A stretch of DNA of 64,000 nucleotides, from the NCBI GenBank assembly GCA_000091205.1, contig AP006497.2. The stretch is one strand, 5' to 3'. Position numbers and translations under genes: made by a program. The DNA is from Cyanidioschyzon merolae (Eukaryota). Within the stretch, counting starts at the first letter, position 1; the number at the start of each line of letters is the position of its first letter. This document shows positions 51,465 through 63,850 of this stretch, one piece after another. The notes under the pieces are model-generated. The model ran no database searches and was not told the origin of the DNA. It saw nothing but the letters and a program-made list of their open reading frames with translations.

Positions 51465-53303
51465 TTCACATCGTCCAGTTCGAGGCATGTCGGCTGATAC
51501 GAGCGTAGAGCAACCATGGAGAGCCTCACCAATGAACAGCATCAATTCTGAAGCACCGCAGGACTTGAGGCAGTCGCTTGGACGTAGCCTCGAGGCCGCA
51601 TGCGGCCAGGTTTCACGGGGTCCATATCGCACTTCCCGTTGGTTCGCAGAGCAGCTGGCCCGCGACCTACATAAAAGAACTCGTAAGCGATACAGCTCTC
51701 TTTATGATTCTGTTTCGGACACTCTGCTGTGGACAGAGCAATCCATCTCTGAAATGTGACGTTGATTCGTCCAGCGTTTGCACTTTGTCTTGCTGCGCGA
51801 GCTCCTTGATCACAGCCACCGCCCGGCAATGACAGATGCGATTCGATCACCGGATCGCTTGGCTTTCAATATGCCCGTCAGGGCCGGCATTGACGCCCCG
51901 TCGGCTGCACCGGATACCACGGGGAGCGCAGCGTCACAACACAGCGGCTCAGTGCATGGCATGGATGCAGCGAGTTTCCTTTCAGTCACATCACGGGCAT
52001 TGCGTCGCAAATGAGCAAGAAGCGGCGGTCACGCACCCTGTAAGGTTTGGTTACCAGCATGTCTCAGGTGGCGAGCAGTGCCAGTTCCATGTGTTCAGAC
52101 GCTCTGCTGATGGCTTGAGATGCTCTCGTGAAGGCGATCAGAAACCGAACTCGCACTGCTGGACAAGAATTTCCCTGTGACGCATGGTCGTTTCCCGTTT
52201 GAAACACATTTAAACCAAATTTGGTCCCGTGATGAACATGATAGCGTTCTTGGCGACCTGGGAGAGCCAAAGCAAGTATTTGCCTCGGTCGGCTGCCACG
52301 AGCAGCATGCTGCTTCAGAGCCGCACGGAGAGGCATGTCCCGTGGGTCACTGTACAGCCGGCAACACGACTGGGTGCACTATGTCGCTGTATTGCTTCAG
52401 TAGCCGACTCCTTAGAAGGCGTGGCGAAACAGCACGATTCCCGTCCAACGCGTGCAGTGTATAGAGTGCAACCAAAGCGCCTAAGCCTCGATTCCAATCG
52501 AGAAGCGCATGGCTACACGGGGGCAACGAGCAGTGGCCGCCCTGACGCTTGTCCGCGAGGACCTCTGCACCCCCATGCTGATGATGTCGGTGTACTGAAC
52601 GCTTCCCGGTACGGCATCGGTGTCACCAGCGGAACTCGTGTACACGTTTGACGACGCGAAAATCACGTGCAACGCTCGCAGATACAGCCGCTGAAAGCGT
52701 ACAATACACGAAACAGGCCGTGGAATTAGAGTTTCTCCGAGCGGCTCCAGACTCGGAACTCGACCGCCTGCGCAAGCATCGCGCTTCGGCGTTCCATACA
52801 AAGCGTTCTGGGTAGAGAGAGCGTTCTAACCGGACGCCATTTCCATCCCAATCTCCAATCGTTACCTTTAGGCGAGGAATAGTTCGACGCGTATCCAGGA
52901 AACGGACGGTCTAAACGGCTGCTCAACTGGAGAAGCTTCAGGAGGCACCTGCGTATTCAGGTCCAAACACCAAATCCTCGGGTATCCCGCACGGCGCTCG
53001 TTATCGGAAACGCGCGAGTTCACAGAACCTCTAACAGCACTTGGCCCCACAGGAAGCGATCGCCATCACCGGAATGCGACCCAGACGGTATCGATCGACA
53101 CCATGACCTGCAGCAGTGATCGAGCGTTGCGGGTCGCGTCGCCAGTTCCTTGCCAAACCTGGCAGGAGAGCTCCAGCCTAAGTCTAACCACGTATAGAAA
53201 TGTAAAATATTGCGTTCACCGCTCCAGATTGCACGAGTGATCACCATTTCCGTAACACCAATACGTATAATCATCAAAAAACACGACACTTGCGACTGTA
53301 GCT

Positions 53304-55301
53304 TCACGAGCCCAGGAGTCTTCTGATTTCATTGACGACACATCGGGCGAGTGAGCTTGCATCCGCTTCGGTGTGCGCTTCTGCATAAACGCGCACAACA
53401 TCTTCCGTGCCGCTGGGGCGCACGACGATGCGCGCCCCAGCAACTGCTGACTCGTTTGCGGAAACGCTCTCACGAGCACTACGATAACTCGCCACGATGC
53501 GATCTATGCTTCGTTGGAGTTCGGGCGGCTCAACGACACGCTGATCGTAATCCGATGTTACAATCTGGTGACGGTCTGATACCCGCTCAACCAGATAAAC
53601 GCTCGCAAGCGGTGTATAGTAGGCAGTTGCCCAGTCTACCAACGACCAGCGTTTCCACTGTAGTATCGTGGCGATCAGGAGCAGATTCGCGATGCCGTCG
53701 CCAACACCTTGATTGGCGACTCGCGCGCAGCACCGTAAGGGAAGCGGCAATGTCGAAGCATGCGACTTCAACAGCGCATCGCTGAACAGAATCGTGCCGT
53801 GGCCATTGGGTTCAAAGTATAGGCCAATATCAAACCGTCTGGCTTCCTTCTCCAAATGCACGACTCCAGTCCAGGTGCAAATGATCTGTAGCTCAATGAC
53901 GCAGGCGTGATGCGCTCGCTGGGATTCCAGTTCGCGTTGCCGCTTGCGCCAGTACGCCACTGCGGCACCATTGGCGTACACGGTATGGACGAGCGCTACA
54001 CGCCAGGATTTCCGCGCTGCACCCGCTGCGGCCTCAGCGCATGTATTTTGGCTCAAGTACGCATGTTCGGGATGCAGAAACCCCAGCACAAAGTCCAGGA
54101 AGAGTGTTGCCGTCTGATCCCCGTCTAGCAACATGGCTACGCCCTGCGCATCCGCTAGGAAGCACACGAGGCGATCGGCATCGCCATCGAGACTCGCACC
54201 CTGACGTTCGGGTTTGCCAGCTGGGGTCTGTGGCCAACGCTGGGGCAGCCGGTTTCCTTTCTGGACCCAATCTGCTCCGCATTGCACGTTCAATAATTCC
54301 GTTTGGGCTGTCTCCTGGTTACAGCATACAATCTGGATACCGCACTGTGTGCGGAGCGCAGACGCCAGCTCGCACAGGAGCGGCGCACCGACCCCGTTCG
54401 CGCAGTCTACAACCCAGTGATCCATAAGCGCCCGGTGCTCCACGTCTGCCAAATGGAGTGCTTCCGAGAGCGCCCTCGTGGCCTCCACCAAGGTCGATTT
54501 GTAGCGGTTGAGCAGAAACAAGGGCCGTCGCTCGAATGCGTCCCGGAAGTTTGACAAGTCCGATTCGCGCATGTCGACAGGGCTTTCGTTCCACGCTCGG
54601 ACGACTGCGTGCATGGCCGGTGTCGTTGTCATGCCCAGAAGGAGCGCGTCCGCAAACGCCAACGTCTCGCCACCGGAGCATCTCGTCGCGCGCAGATAGT
54701 GTGAAAGCACGACACGTGCGCCTTCCTGCGCATTACTAGCGAGGTGCGGGCTCGAGCTTCTGCTATCATACCCCAAGAGAACGACCGGTATGCAGAGGGC
54801 GTCACGTATGGCCCGGGCCTCCGATATTTTTTCACGATGCACTTGTTCCAGAACGGTGGCGAGCGAGTCGGGCCCCGCTGATGCCCGGACCAGCCGAACA
54901 GCGAGGTGGATCCAAGTTGGGTCCGCCATGCCTCCGTTGGTATCGATAAACTTCACGCCATTCTCGTGCGGTGGGTTATGTGACGCAGTGATCATCAGTC
55001 CTACAGCTACAGTTCTGAACACTGAAGCCGACAAACCCGGAGCTCCCAGATCATCATGGTGTCCGACTTTGTTGGCAGGAAGAGTGCTTCGGGCCTCGGT
55101 TGTCGATGCCCTTTTGGAACCGTCGAGGGCGTGCCTCAGAGCTAGGAAACCTGCTGCGAGCCCGCAACAGAATGCAGCTTTATCGAACGCGTGATCTCGT
55201 GCTGAACCCCGAAGACCTGCCGCGCCGCACTGAAGGTCTTCTGGAACTGTGTCCGACCACGAAGGTAAATAGCGCGCAAGCTGGTGTGCCTCCCAGTCCA
55301 T
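53304..55301 (-). CDS. AGM1: Phosphoacetylglucosamine mutase of the AGM1/PGM3 type, in the alpha-D-phosphohexomutase family.
   Basis: The active site is GLMITASHNPPHENGVKFID, with phospho-Ser and the SHNP..NGVK pattern typical of AGM1. GDADRLVCF is the metal-binding site. RPSGTEDVVRVYAEA is the sugar-phosphate-binding site. ATG (MDWEAHQ) at 55301, since the track start at 55457 is TTG. Confidence 0.85.
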   Translation of the reverse strand: MDWEAHQLARYLPSWSDTVPEDLQCGAAGLRGSARDHAFDKAAFCCGLAAGFLALRHALDGSKRASTTEARSTLPANKVGHHDDLGAPGLSASVFRTVAVGLMITASHNPPHENGVKFIDTNGGMADPTWIHLAVRLVRASAGPDSLATVLEQVHREKISEARAIRDALCIPVVLLGYDSRSSSPHLASNAQEGARVVLSHYLRATRCSGGETLAFADALLLGMTTTPAMHAVVRAWNESPVDMRESDLSNFRDAFERRPLFLLNRYKSTLVEATRALSEALHLADVEHRALMDHWVVDCANGVGAPLLCELASALRTQCGIQIVCCNQETAQTELLNVQCGADWVQKGNRLPQRWPQTPAGKPERQGASLDGDADRLVCFLADAQGVAMLLDGDQTATLFLDFVLGFLHPEHAYLSQNTCAEAAAGAARKSWRVALVHTVYANGAAVAYWRKRQRELESQRAHHACVIELQIICTWTGVVHLEKEARRFDIGLYFEPNGHGTILFSDALLKSHASTLPLPLRCCARVANQGVGDGIANLLLIATILQWKRWSLVDWATAYYTPLASVYLVERVSDRHQIVTSDYDQRVVEPPELQRSIDRIVASYRSARESVSANESAVAGARIVVRPSGTEDVVRVYAEAHTEADASSLARCVVNEIRRLLGS

Positions 55302-57164
55302 ATATGGCGTTGTCGCCCCACGAGAGCACCAGAGAACACTGCGCTCTGCGGGCACGACGAAGGAGAGTCGCAAATCGTTGAAGTACGGAAGCTTTCTCGC
55401 AGCGCTTGAACAGTCTCTCAAGAAGCTGGTGTCAGACAAAGAAAGGTGCCTGAACAACTCACTCTGCTACTGCGTTTCGATTTCGTTCGAGGATTTCTCT
55501 AGGTTGACAGCCTCATTCATGGAAAAGCCGGACTCAAGGTTCATGGTTTCATACGCCGGTGAAAGGATGCTGGGTCGCCCATGTATTGGCCTGACTCCAT
55601 CCCTTCTCTGTCGCTGGATCTCGTTACGTCATTCGAATCAAGACGATTCGCCACATACCCGTAATATTATTCGCAAAATAACCGCATTCCTTCTCACATT
55701 CACACGTACGAGCCTCCGGTCTTCTCACTTCCTCACGTGAAACATGGCTCAAAGCGGGCAAGCGTCAAGTTTTCGATGTTTCTATTTTAAACGAATCATG
55801 GGCAGTGCAGCTCGCTTCGCTCGATTGACAAGGAACGAAACTCCACGCGATCCCGTGACGGCCAGTTGAAATGCTCTTGCCGAAATCTCACTGGACTTGA
55901 CACGTCAATTCCGGTGGAAAGACTAATTGTCGGTTCTTTATAAATATAGATGACGTGAATTTCGACACGAGCCTGATACTCGCCCCAAGATGTACACCGA
56001 GAGGCTCGCGTCTCTTGTGTTTGCCTGATAGAGAGTCTTGGGTTCGGGCTTGAGGCACTGCAGCGATCGCTTCTATTCGAGATTGCGCCAGAAGGTTGCA
56101 CGAAGGACAAGCAGACAGATCCAAATTTTTCAACTTGGTCTCCAGCCCGAAGATTCGTTCCTACGCTTGGTTCACATGGAAGGCATCGGGTTCCACTAAT
56201 TCTCAACCGCACGGGATCGCATGCGCTTGCCTCTGCAGTGCATAGGTTATGCGCCCGAGGTGATCGTCCCGATCAAGCGCACGGTCGTAGAGTACGCCAT
56301 CGGACGCGGAAACGGGGCAGGGCATTGAGAGTGGCCTGCTTGGCCCGTCAAGAGCATGGACCAAGCGCTGAGGCAAGCGTGCGTTTGTCACAGGGCGGCG
56401 TTCGGAACCAGCGCATGTGCAGTGGCCATACGGGAACACCGGATCACAACCAAGTGTCGCCGCTGCACAGCGCACACCGAGGCTGCAAACAAACAAGATG
56501 AACATGCCAAGTGAAACTCCGATCGCAGCCGCCGCCTGTGCATCAAATGCTCCTAAATCGCCCGAAGCAGTGACATCGGACATCGAACGCTACCATCAAC
56601 ATCATTCAACTGCTGTCAACAAAGCTGCACGGACAAGAGAGATCCGCGCGCGCAACACCAGTGCTTCGAGCGCGGAAACGGAAGCAATCACAGAAACCCC
56701 CCGCAAACACCAATCTAGACGACACATGAAACTCACCCAAAGGTTAACGCATCCGATCGATCCAGAACATGCACTCCGCTTTATGTCGACTCGGACCACA
56801 TCGTGATTCGGTGCATCACCAGCTGCTTCGGCGAGCTGTTCGTGAGCTGCATGCGTTGCCGGCAGGCTGCAGGCGACGCAGCGGTCGCGTGCATGAGCGT
56901 GGCGCAGCGGGCGTCGCGGACACGCACCGTAAACACGCATACGCATGCATGCACGCACGCAGACGCACTGAGATGCGATCGCGCGCGGGCGCATGTCGCG
57001 GCACCATCGACGCTGCTGCCGCCGTAGAAGGCGCCTGGCGATGCATCGCGAACGGATGGCGACGCAGCGCGCGCCGTGGACACGTGGCGCGCATGATGCG
57101 TGCATTTTCCCTTGAACACGCAGGTATCGCCGGAAGTACACAGAGGGCACGCTGCCCCAGTACA

Positions 57165-58899
57165 TATGCAGAGGCTTGCTCCTCATATGTCGGGAGCGGA
57201 TAGCTGCCGCAACTTTGATGGGCTTGAACCCTTCCGTGACCAGCGGGAACCACGGCCGTCTGGCAGCGGCGCGAGGAGCGGCGACGCAGTGCACGCTGCG
57301 GCTGGTCCGGTCAACGACTGGGGCGGCGGCGGCGGCGGCAGCGGCAACGCCGTGCGGGATCCTGCAGACACCAGAAACCTAAGGGATGCTGGGCAACACT
57401 TTCCACAAAAGAAAAGGCGCTTGAGTGAGGGCGAGTCAGAAGCGTTGATGCGTTTTCGAGAGCTTCGCTGTGAGCGACTTGACCTGAGCGAGTTGCCCCC
57501 GTTGATGCCGGCGAACGATATGCTATCCCCGGCAGCCGCACTCACACCGTCAGGTGCTATATCGGCCACGATTTCTGAAACAGAACTGCGACTGGTGCAG
57601 ACAATCGCAGAGTTTGGACAAAATACGAATACCCCGCGAATTCTAGCGGCGATCCAGGAACATCATCAAAAGGACCTACTGGGCATGCCCGCTGGGACTA
57701 CGCTCGGGCCCAGCAACATGCCCAGTACGCTCAAGCCATCGGATTCATTGCTCTCTAATGCAGCGCCAGCGGGACTTTCTGGGACACTGGACGCGATGTC
57801 GTCGCCAGCGCTCTCTCGGGACAGCGTTCCGAACGTTCCAGACTCGGGATCGATAACGCCGCCCATGGACAGTAACGTTGAGCCGCTCATGCCCGGTTCA
57901 ACGCTGGAATGGTGTCGCCAATACGCCCGTCAGATAAGCTGCCAATATGTTGACGAGCTGCGACGAAGGATGCGGGGCTCCTGTCGACAGTGCGCGGCGC
58001 CCTACGGCTCGTGCAGTCACCGGCCAGTCGACCGCGACGCTGCGCTGGGCGAATGGAGTGCGCTGTCGCCGTCACGCCGTCGAATTGCGAAGAACAGGGA
58101 AACGGCAGCTGTCTCACGCTTCCGCAAAAAGGTGTACATGGAGAGCCTCGAGCGAGCGATTATGAACCTGGAACGAAAATATATGGAAACGAGAAATGAA
58201 CTTGCACAACTTCGCAAACTCTTTGACATGAGCGTCACACCCGTGACACCGATGCATGGACGCGCGGCGCCAGCGACGCAGCCTGAGCGCAGGGCTGAGG
58301 CGGACAGTGCCGCGCGCCCGCCCTTGGCAACAGCTGCGAGTGACGCGACAGGCGCCCTGCAACTCATGGGTGCCGTCACCGCATCCGACGCCCTAGGCAT
58401 GCTCGATGCCGACCGCAGCCCGCCAAATGTGCAGCAGAGAGCACCTGGGCCGGTCGCACTGGCTGCTGAGCCCGCGGAACCGTCACCGCGACTGCTGGAG
58501 GGTTTCCTGCGTCCGCTCCTGGCCAGTGTGGGCATCGAAGGCGAGAACGCCGCAAACGCAATCTCCGGGGCGATGACGACGGCACTCCAGGATGCACAAT
58601 CGCGCTACGCCCTGCTGCATGCGCTGCGTATGTGCGCAGGCACCGTCGCCGGCACCCATGAATCCGAAGAAAACGTGGATGCAGCCACGGACTTGACTGG
58701 GCTGGCGACCAGCCCGTGTCTTCGTCCGTCAGCAGCACGCGCTCGAGCGAATTCCTGTTCCAAGTCGCCGGTCGAGGATCTGGCTGGCGACGCTTCGCCG
58801 CTCGCCCTGGGTCGCATGCACTCGTCTCCGATGGTGTCGGCACGGGCGTCGCGCGCCTCCGGCTCCAGACCTCCGGATTCGGCATCCTCAGGGGCCTAG
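57165..58899 (+). CDS. bZIP transcription factor. The basic region and leucine zipper lie near the middle. The N-terminal extent is uncertain.
   Basis: PSRRRIAKNRETAAVSRFRKKVYMESLERAIMNLERKYMETRNELAQLRKLFD carries the N.R..A...SR.RKK basic motif followed by heptad leucines. The track start at 57100 is GTG. The first ATG is at 57165. Confidence 0.55.
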
Positions 58900-59118
58900 A
58901 CGTTTGCTTGCAGGCCACCACGGGAGCCGCTCTCCTTGTGCATGTGCATCCATTGAGCGTTGCGGTTGTGGTTGCTGGTGTCCTCATCTGTGAGAATGAG
59001 GAGCAATGGTGATGGCGCGCTAGCAAGCCTGAAACCAATCTGCCTTTTGCCTGGCATGTTTGGCTCGCGCACGCGTACGCAGGCATCGCTTCCGTCTGTG
59101 TGCGTCTCGCGTGGCTCG

Positions 59119-59139
59119 CAGCAGCAGCAGCAGCAGCAG
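59119..59139. repeat. (CAG)7 microsatellite.
   Basis: Read directly from the sequence. Confidence 0.9.
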
Positions 59140-59456
59140 TAGAACACAGGCGCGAACGGCGCGAGCAGTGCCCGTCGCGGTCGGATCTCGACTCCATGCA
59201 GTCGCAGTGCGTGGTCGGGCACCAATTCCACCGGCTGCCTGGCCTTGATCGGGCGTCAGGTATGTGGTTACGGGCGAGTGCATTACGAGATTCCGCCTTG
59301 GTGCATTTTTTAGGACAGTAAGAAACCCGCTGCGAGCGATTCATTGGATACCAAAAGCAGGTCAGGAAATGCAGCTTCATGAGATACGACAGCGTCCGCC
59401 GGGTGCTGTGAAGGATTCACTCCGAACCGGAAGCGATTTCCGGAATCAGTGCACTG

Positions 59457-59458
<2 letters not shown>

Positions 59459-59494
<36 letters not shown>
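59459..59494. repeat. (CAG)12 microsatellite.
   Basis: Read directly from the sequence. Confidence 0.95.
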
Positions 59495-59495
<1 letters not shown>

Positions 59496-59554
59496 GCGGT
59501 GCGTTGATCATTTCATTGGATGCTGAAAGCGATGCAGGGAATCCGTGCAGTTAG

Positions 59555-59594
59555 ACACAGCAGTGTCTGTGTCTGTCTGTGTGTGTGTGTGTGT
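59555..59594. repeat. (GTCT)n/(GT)n compound microsatellite.
   Basis: The run gtgtctgtgtctgtctgtgtgtgtgtgtgtgtgt is read directly from the sequence. Confidence 0.9.
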
Positions 59595-59834
59595 CGAGCC
59601 TCCCTGCTGCGATCACAAACGCAACATCGAGCCGATCGCAAATCCTGGGAACCACAACAACCTGGGCGCTCCTTTCGACTGCGTTTTACTCAACTGCCGG
59701 GAGCGATATGATAGCTAGCTTGTCTATCGTACCAGCAAAGGCCTGTGCACCGACTTTTGCGAATGCCTCTGCGTATCGAGACTATTTGCCCTGTAGGCAT
59801 GCACAGGATGCCAGATACAGGTGCGTCTGTCGCT

Positions 59835-60884
59835 TCAGAGAATCGGGACCACGCGACTGGCATGTGCAAATTGCTTCTGCGTAATGCATTCAGCGATCCA
59901 GGTAAGGTTCCGGATTTCCTGTTCCAGCATCCGGAAGTAAGCATAGAAGACCCCGTAGTGGAACTGGGCATCGAAAGACTCGCGCAGAAGCTTCATCTCG
60001 AATTCTAAAAACTGATCCTCCAAGCTATATTCTCCCCGTTCAGCCGCTCGCTGGAAGAGCGCTCGGTATGTACTGCTGAGGTCCAGAGCCATGGCAACCG
60101 CTTGCAAGTCGTCCGCCCTCCCTAGTCGTTGGATGATCTCGTCGTCGAGTCCACCGGGCACCCGCGGAAAGAGCATCATTCGTTCATCCTTCCGTAATGA
60201 TGTTTCCAGTGAATTCAAAGTGATGTTGATGACTCGACGATCAGCCTCGAAAGCGATGAGCGTTGCCATGATTGACCCCGTCATGCCACCGATTCGCTCC
60301 ACACAGAGCTGATAGAAATCAGTAAGGTAAGCCTTGTACAGTAGGTTGCGGATGATTTCCACATTCATCTCCGTCAGGTCATGGACATTGACGCATTCCG
60401 CAAAATAGGGCGCCAACGGCGTATCGACCAGAATCTCTCTATAGAGTTCCTCTGGCGAGTGGATTGCTGTTAACGTTGCAATACCCTCGAATAGGCCCAG
60501 TGGGTGACACTTGTCCAGCAGCTCGCTGAGGTCGCGATTCCGGAGCACACCCATGAGCAGCAGAACTAAATTGTCGATCATGTACGGATACGTCACATAG
60601 TCCAGAAAGGTGGAGAGCGGTGCGTAGGATTGCCCGCGAATGCTCCGAAAGTCGTAAACGAGGCGGTTCATGAGGCAGTCGTACAGGGCCTGGGTCTGCA
60701 GGGGGGCTGGTTCATTCTGCAGCCATAAACCGTAATCCGAACTGTTCAGAATCGTGCGCATATCTTCTGGAGACTCGCACTGAGCCAAATTCGTGTAGTC
60801 TTGGCGACGGAGTAATGAAGCCTTGAGTCCTCTCACGACAGCCTCGAGGTAGCCGTTGTCGGCGTTAAACGTAAGCATATCCAT
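59835..60884 (-). CDS. ATP6V0D: V-type proton ATPase subunit d (V0 complex).
   Basis: MDMLTFNADNGYLEAVVRGLKASLLRRQDYTNLAQCESPEDMR matches the subunit-d N-terminus (M..L.FN.D.GYLEGLVRG.K.GLL...DY.NL.QCE.LEDLK). At 349 aa it is the right length. ATG at 60884. Confidence 0.9.
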   Translation of the reverse strand: MDMLTFNADNGYLEAVVRGLKASLLRRQDYTNLAQCESPEDMRTILNSSDYGLWLQNEPAPLQTQALYDCLMNRLVYDFRSIRGQSYAPLSTFLDYVTYPYMIDNLVLLLMGVLRNRDLSELLDKCHPLGLFEGIATLTAIHSPEELYREILVDTPLAPYFAECVNVHDLTEMNVEIIRNLLYKAYLTDFYQLCVERIGGMTGSIMATLIAFEADRRVINITLNSLETSLRKDERMMLFPRVPGGLDDEIIQRLGRADDLQAVAMALDLSSTYRALFQRAAERGEYSLEDQFLEFEMKLLRESFDAQFHYGVFYAYFRMLEQEIRNLTWIAECITQKQFAHASRVVPIL

Positions 60885-62379
60885 GGTGAACGCGCGAATC
60901 AGCCGTGCTGAACGGAGTCAGCACTTGCGGCTCGCTAGCAAACGCGCAACTGCTGAGTCAGCGATCACGAAATAAACACCAAGCACACGTCCGGACGTCA
61001 ATACCAGAAAAACTCGCTAGACTCGCTGAAGCGTCCCTGGAGAGCCACACCAGAAGAGTCGGCGATGGACGCGACACGGACTCAACTGTGCAAAGTCTTG
61101 CACACGTCGGTGCAAGCCGGTGCAAACCTGCGTCAAGCGTTCCTCAGCTTTTGATACGGCTCCGGCAGATCGTTTCAGATGTTGCTCGTGGTCAGCGAGC
61201 GGCGACGATGTCTGGCGCTCGAAACAGCGTCCACCGCAGTCGCGACTTGGGTTTAAGTTTGTTAACGCTGCTACGGTTGCTGCGGTGTGTGTCCACAGAA
61301 ACAATACGAGGGATCGTTGCGTATAGACCTCGGTTCTGCAGCGATGAGCAGGAAACCTCCAATCCAGACGCCGGTGCCGAATAAGGTTCTGACCTCGAAA
61401 TCGGGTACCCCGGGTGCCTCCTATGCCAGTTTCGAACGTTTGGACGATGTCGGCGCTCACCGCCTGCTAGCCAAAAACGTTTCAGCAGTCAAGCGTGGAC
61501 ACTTTTTAATCTGGTTCACAGAAGCGCTTACCACTATTTACAAGCACTCCGAGTCTTGAGCAGCCGAGCTCTTTTGAACGCTACGCTTTCGCCTGGCCAC
61601 CGCTCAGGCACCCCGATTGTCAGAGACGCTTTCAGCGTTCTGCAACACGAGCGAGCCCCTGGTGCTGTGCGCCCCAAATCCTCAGCGGTACCATACTGGA
61701 CTGGACTGGAATGGAAAGGAATAGAATGGACAGGCTGAGCACCGTTTCCGCTTGCCGAGGCGCTTTTCGCAGGTATCTTCCGAAATGCATTATCCTGTGT
61801 CGATACCATTTCTAGTCTTTGGGGCATCATATCTAGCAGCTTGCTTCGGAAACGCCTCGCCGAACACTGGTGACGACTCTGGTCGACGGGCATTCGTATC
61901 TAGCATCTATCTTCCGGGAAGCGTCACCAAAGGCAGGTAGCATTTCTAGTCTAAGGTCCATCGTTGCTAGCAGCTCCATTCTGAAAGAGACATGGAACCC
62001 TGGTAAAAGTACTAGACTGCTGGGAATCTGTTCTAGCATCTGTCTTCTAAGAAGCGCCACTGAACGATGGCAGCCTTCCTAGTCAACGGGACTTGGTTCG
62101 GAGCACCGGCACAGCGTCGATGTGCAGACTCGCCACTATCTCAATGTTGGTGCGTTCTCGGCACGACGCGGACGGCTCGTGACGAGCTTCGGCAGTGAAG
62201 CTAGGTTTTGGTGACTGCTTCCCACGAACTTACTCTCCTAGGAATATTAACAGGGATTGAGATAAGAACGCTAGAGCTTATAACGCAGCGGTCTAATCTG
62301 AGCAGTTACGACGAGCACTCGTTCGTGTTCTTCGTGTTTAACGTGAGCACAGCTTGCGTTTTACACCCCTGCTTTGTGT

Positions 62380-62970
62380 ATGAGCAGCAGTACGAATAGC
62401 CATTCCGGAGATGAGAAAGCTTGCACTATTGCTCCAGGTCAAGTTTTGGAAGCTTCACAGGCAACCACGGAGCAGCTGCTACGCCACGCCGTAGAACTCG
62501 CGCGTCAAGGCGTTCGCAAGCGCGCTGGCGGTCCTTTCGGTGCAGTTATAGTCCGTAAACTGCCCGCGTCTGAGCATAGTGGTAAGCAGTTCGTTGAAAT
62601 ACTCGCTTCTGGTCATAACTGCGTTTTGAAAACGCAAGATCCTACGGCGCACGCGGAGATGGTTGTGCTTCGAGAAGCTGCACAGCGACTGAAGCGTCGG
62701 AACCTCTCGGACTGCGAGCTTTATACATCTTGCTTTCCGTGCGCGATGTGCTACGGGGCCATATGGTGGGCCAAAATACCCCGTTTCTGGTATGCTTCGA
62801 GGAGTGAGGATGCCGCCGGAGCGGGTTTTGATGACGCTCGCATCTATGAATGCTTGAGAGGAACGGGTCACGCAGACTTGCGAGGTGAGCATGTAACGAT
62901 TGCGGAACACCACGAGCCCTTCGAAGAATACCTGGACGCTCTCAAACATGGTCTATCAGAACTCTATTAA
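62380..62970 (+). CDS. CMP/dCMP-type zinc deaminase, similar to guanine or guanosine deaminase.
   Basis: The zinc-binding motifs are DPTAHAEMVVLREAA and TSCFPCAMCYGAIWWAKIPRFWYA (H-A-E ... PC..C). The first ATG is at 62380, since the track start is TTG. Confidence 0.7.
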   Translation: MSSSTNSHSGDEKACTIAPGQVLEASQATTEQLLRHAVELARQGVRKRAGGPFGAVIVRKLPASEHSGKQFVEILASGHNCVLKTQDPTAHAEMVVLREAAQRLKRRNLSDCELYTSCFPCAMCYGAIWWAKIPRFWYASRSEDAAGAGFDDARIYECLRGTGHADLRGEHVTIAEHHEPFEEYLDALKHGLSELY

Positions 62971-63082
62971 AAATGGAATCGGATCAAAATGTGCTGGCGG
63001 ACGCTGTGATGATGCGCTAGATCGATGCTCGCGCTAGAACACGGTTTATCAGAAGTTTTGGCAGAAAGGGAATAGGATCAAG

Positions 63083-63850
63083 ATGCAGCGGGGATTCTGT
63101 GATGATGCTCCCGCCTCTCGGTCTCCATTATCGACGCTGCATGATTGTTTGGGTATGCGACTCGTTATTGAGCGCATATGTGCGCTCAAAGCTAGCTATC
63201 AGGCGGATCACGGAACACGAGTGTCATCGGGTCGTTCGCCTCCTCAAAAAGAGGTTTGGAGGCAGTCGCCTGAGGACTTCATGGGGTGCACGCTCCGGAG
63301 CGTGCACGGAGCCGAGCGTGCCGCTCCAGGACACCGGTTGTGGACACTGGCTGAGCAGCTCTACGATTCGCGCAGTCGCATCCACCGAGTTGCAGGAAGA
63401 TTCATTGATCGTACACCATACAAAACGACGTTCGAGCTCCTTTTTGCGTCATACGGGGTGCACGAACCACCGGATTTCTGTGGTATCGCTAACGCGCTGA
63501 CGTTTGCTTACCGCACAAGTGAGATCGAGCACGAGACGCACGCCTCGACGAGAAACTGCCTCGCTTTTCGTGCTCGTGAAGACCAGGGTAGCCAAGCTCC
63601 CGCAGATCGCGATGGACGGTGCTCTCTGTGCTTTCGCAGCCACAGGAATAAAATTAGATCATACGCTCTCACCATCGCTACCTTTGGCAGAATTCATTCT
63701 TTACGTCTGAGGCGCCAACAAACGGGTTTCAGCTGCCTTCGCTACGCGTCGCTATTGAGCAGGGTTCGTCCGCGTTGGTACGTCGCCGTTTTCGCGCACA
63801 GGCGGCAACGACATTGCCGCCTCGCAGACAAGACCCGAGGCTTCGGGTGA
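63083..63850 (+). CDS. Hypothetical protein.
   Basis: ORF only. No motif was recognised and the start is uncertain. Confidence 0.2.
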   Translation: MQRGFCDDAPASRSPLSTLHDCLGMRLVIERICALKASYQADHGTRVSSGRSPPQKEVWRQSPEDFMGCTLRSVHGAERAAPGHRLWTLAEQLYDSRSRIHRVAGRFIDRTPYKTTFELLFASYGVHEPPDFCGIANALTFAYRTSEIEHETHASTRNCLAFRAREDQGSQAPADRDGRCSLCFRSHRNKIRSYALTIATFGRIHSLRLRRQQTGFSCLRYASLLSRVRPRWYVAVFAHRRQRHCRLADKTRGFG

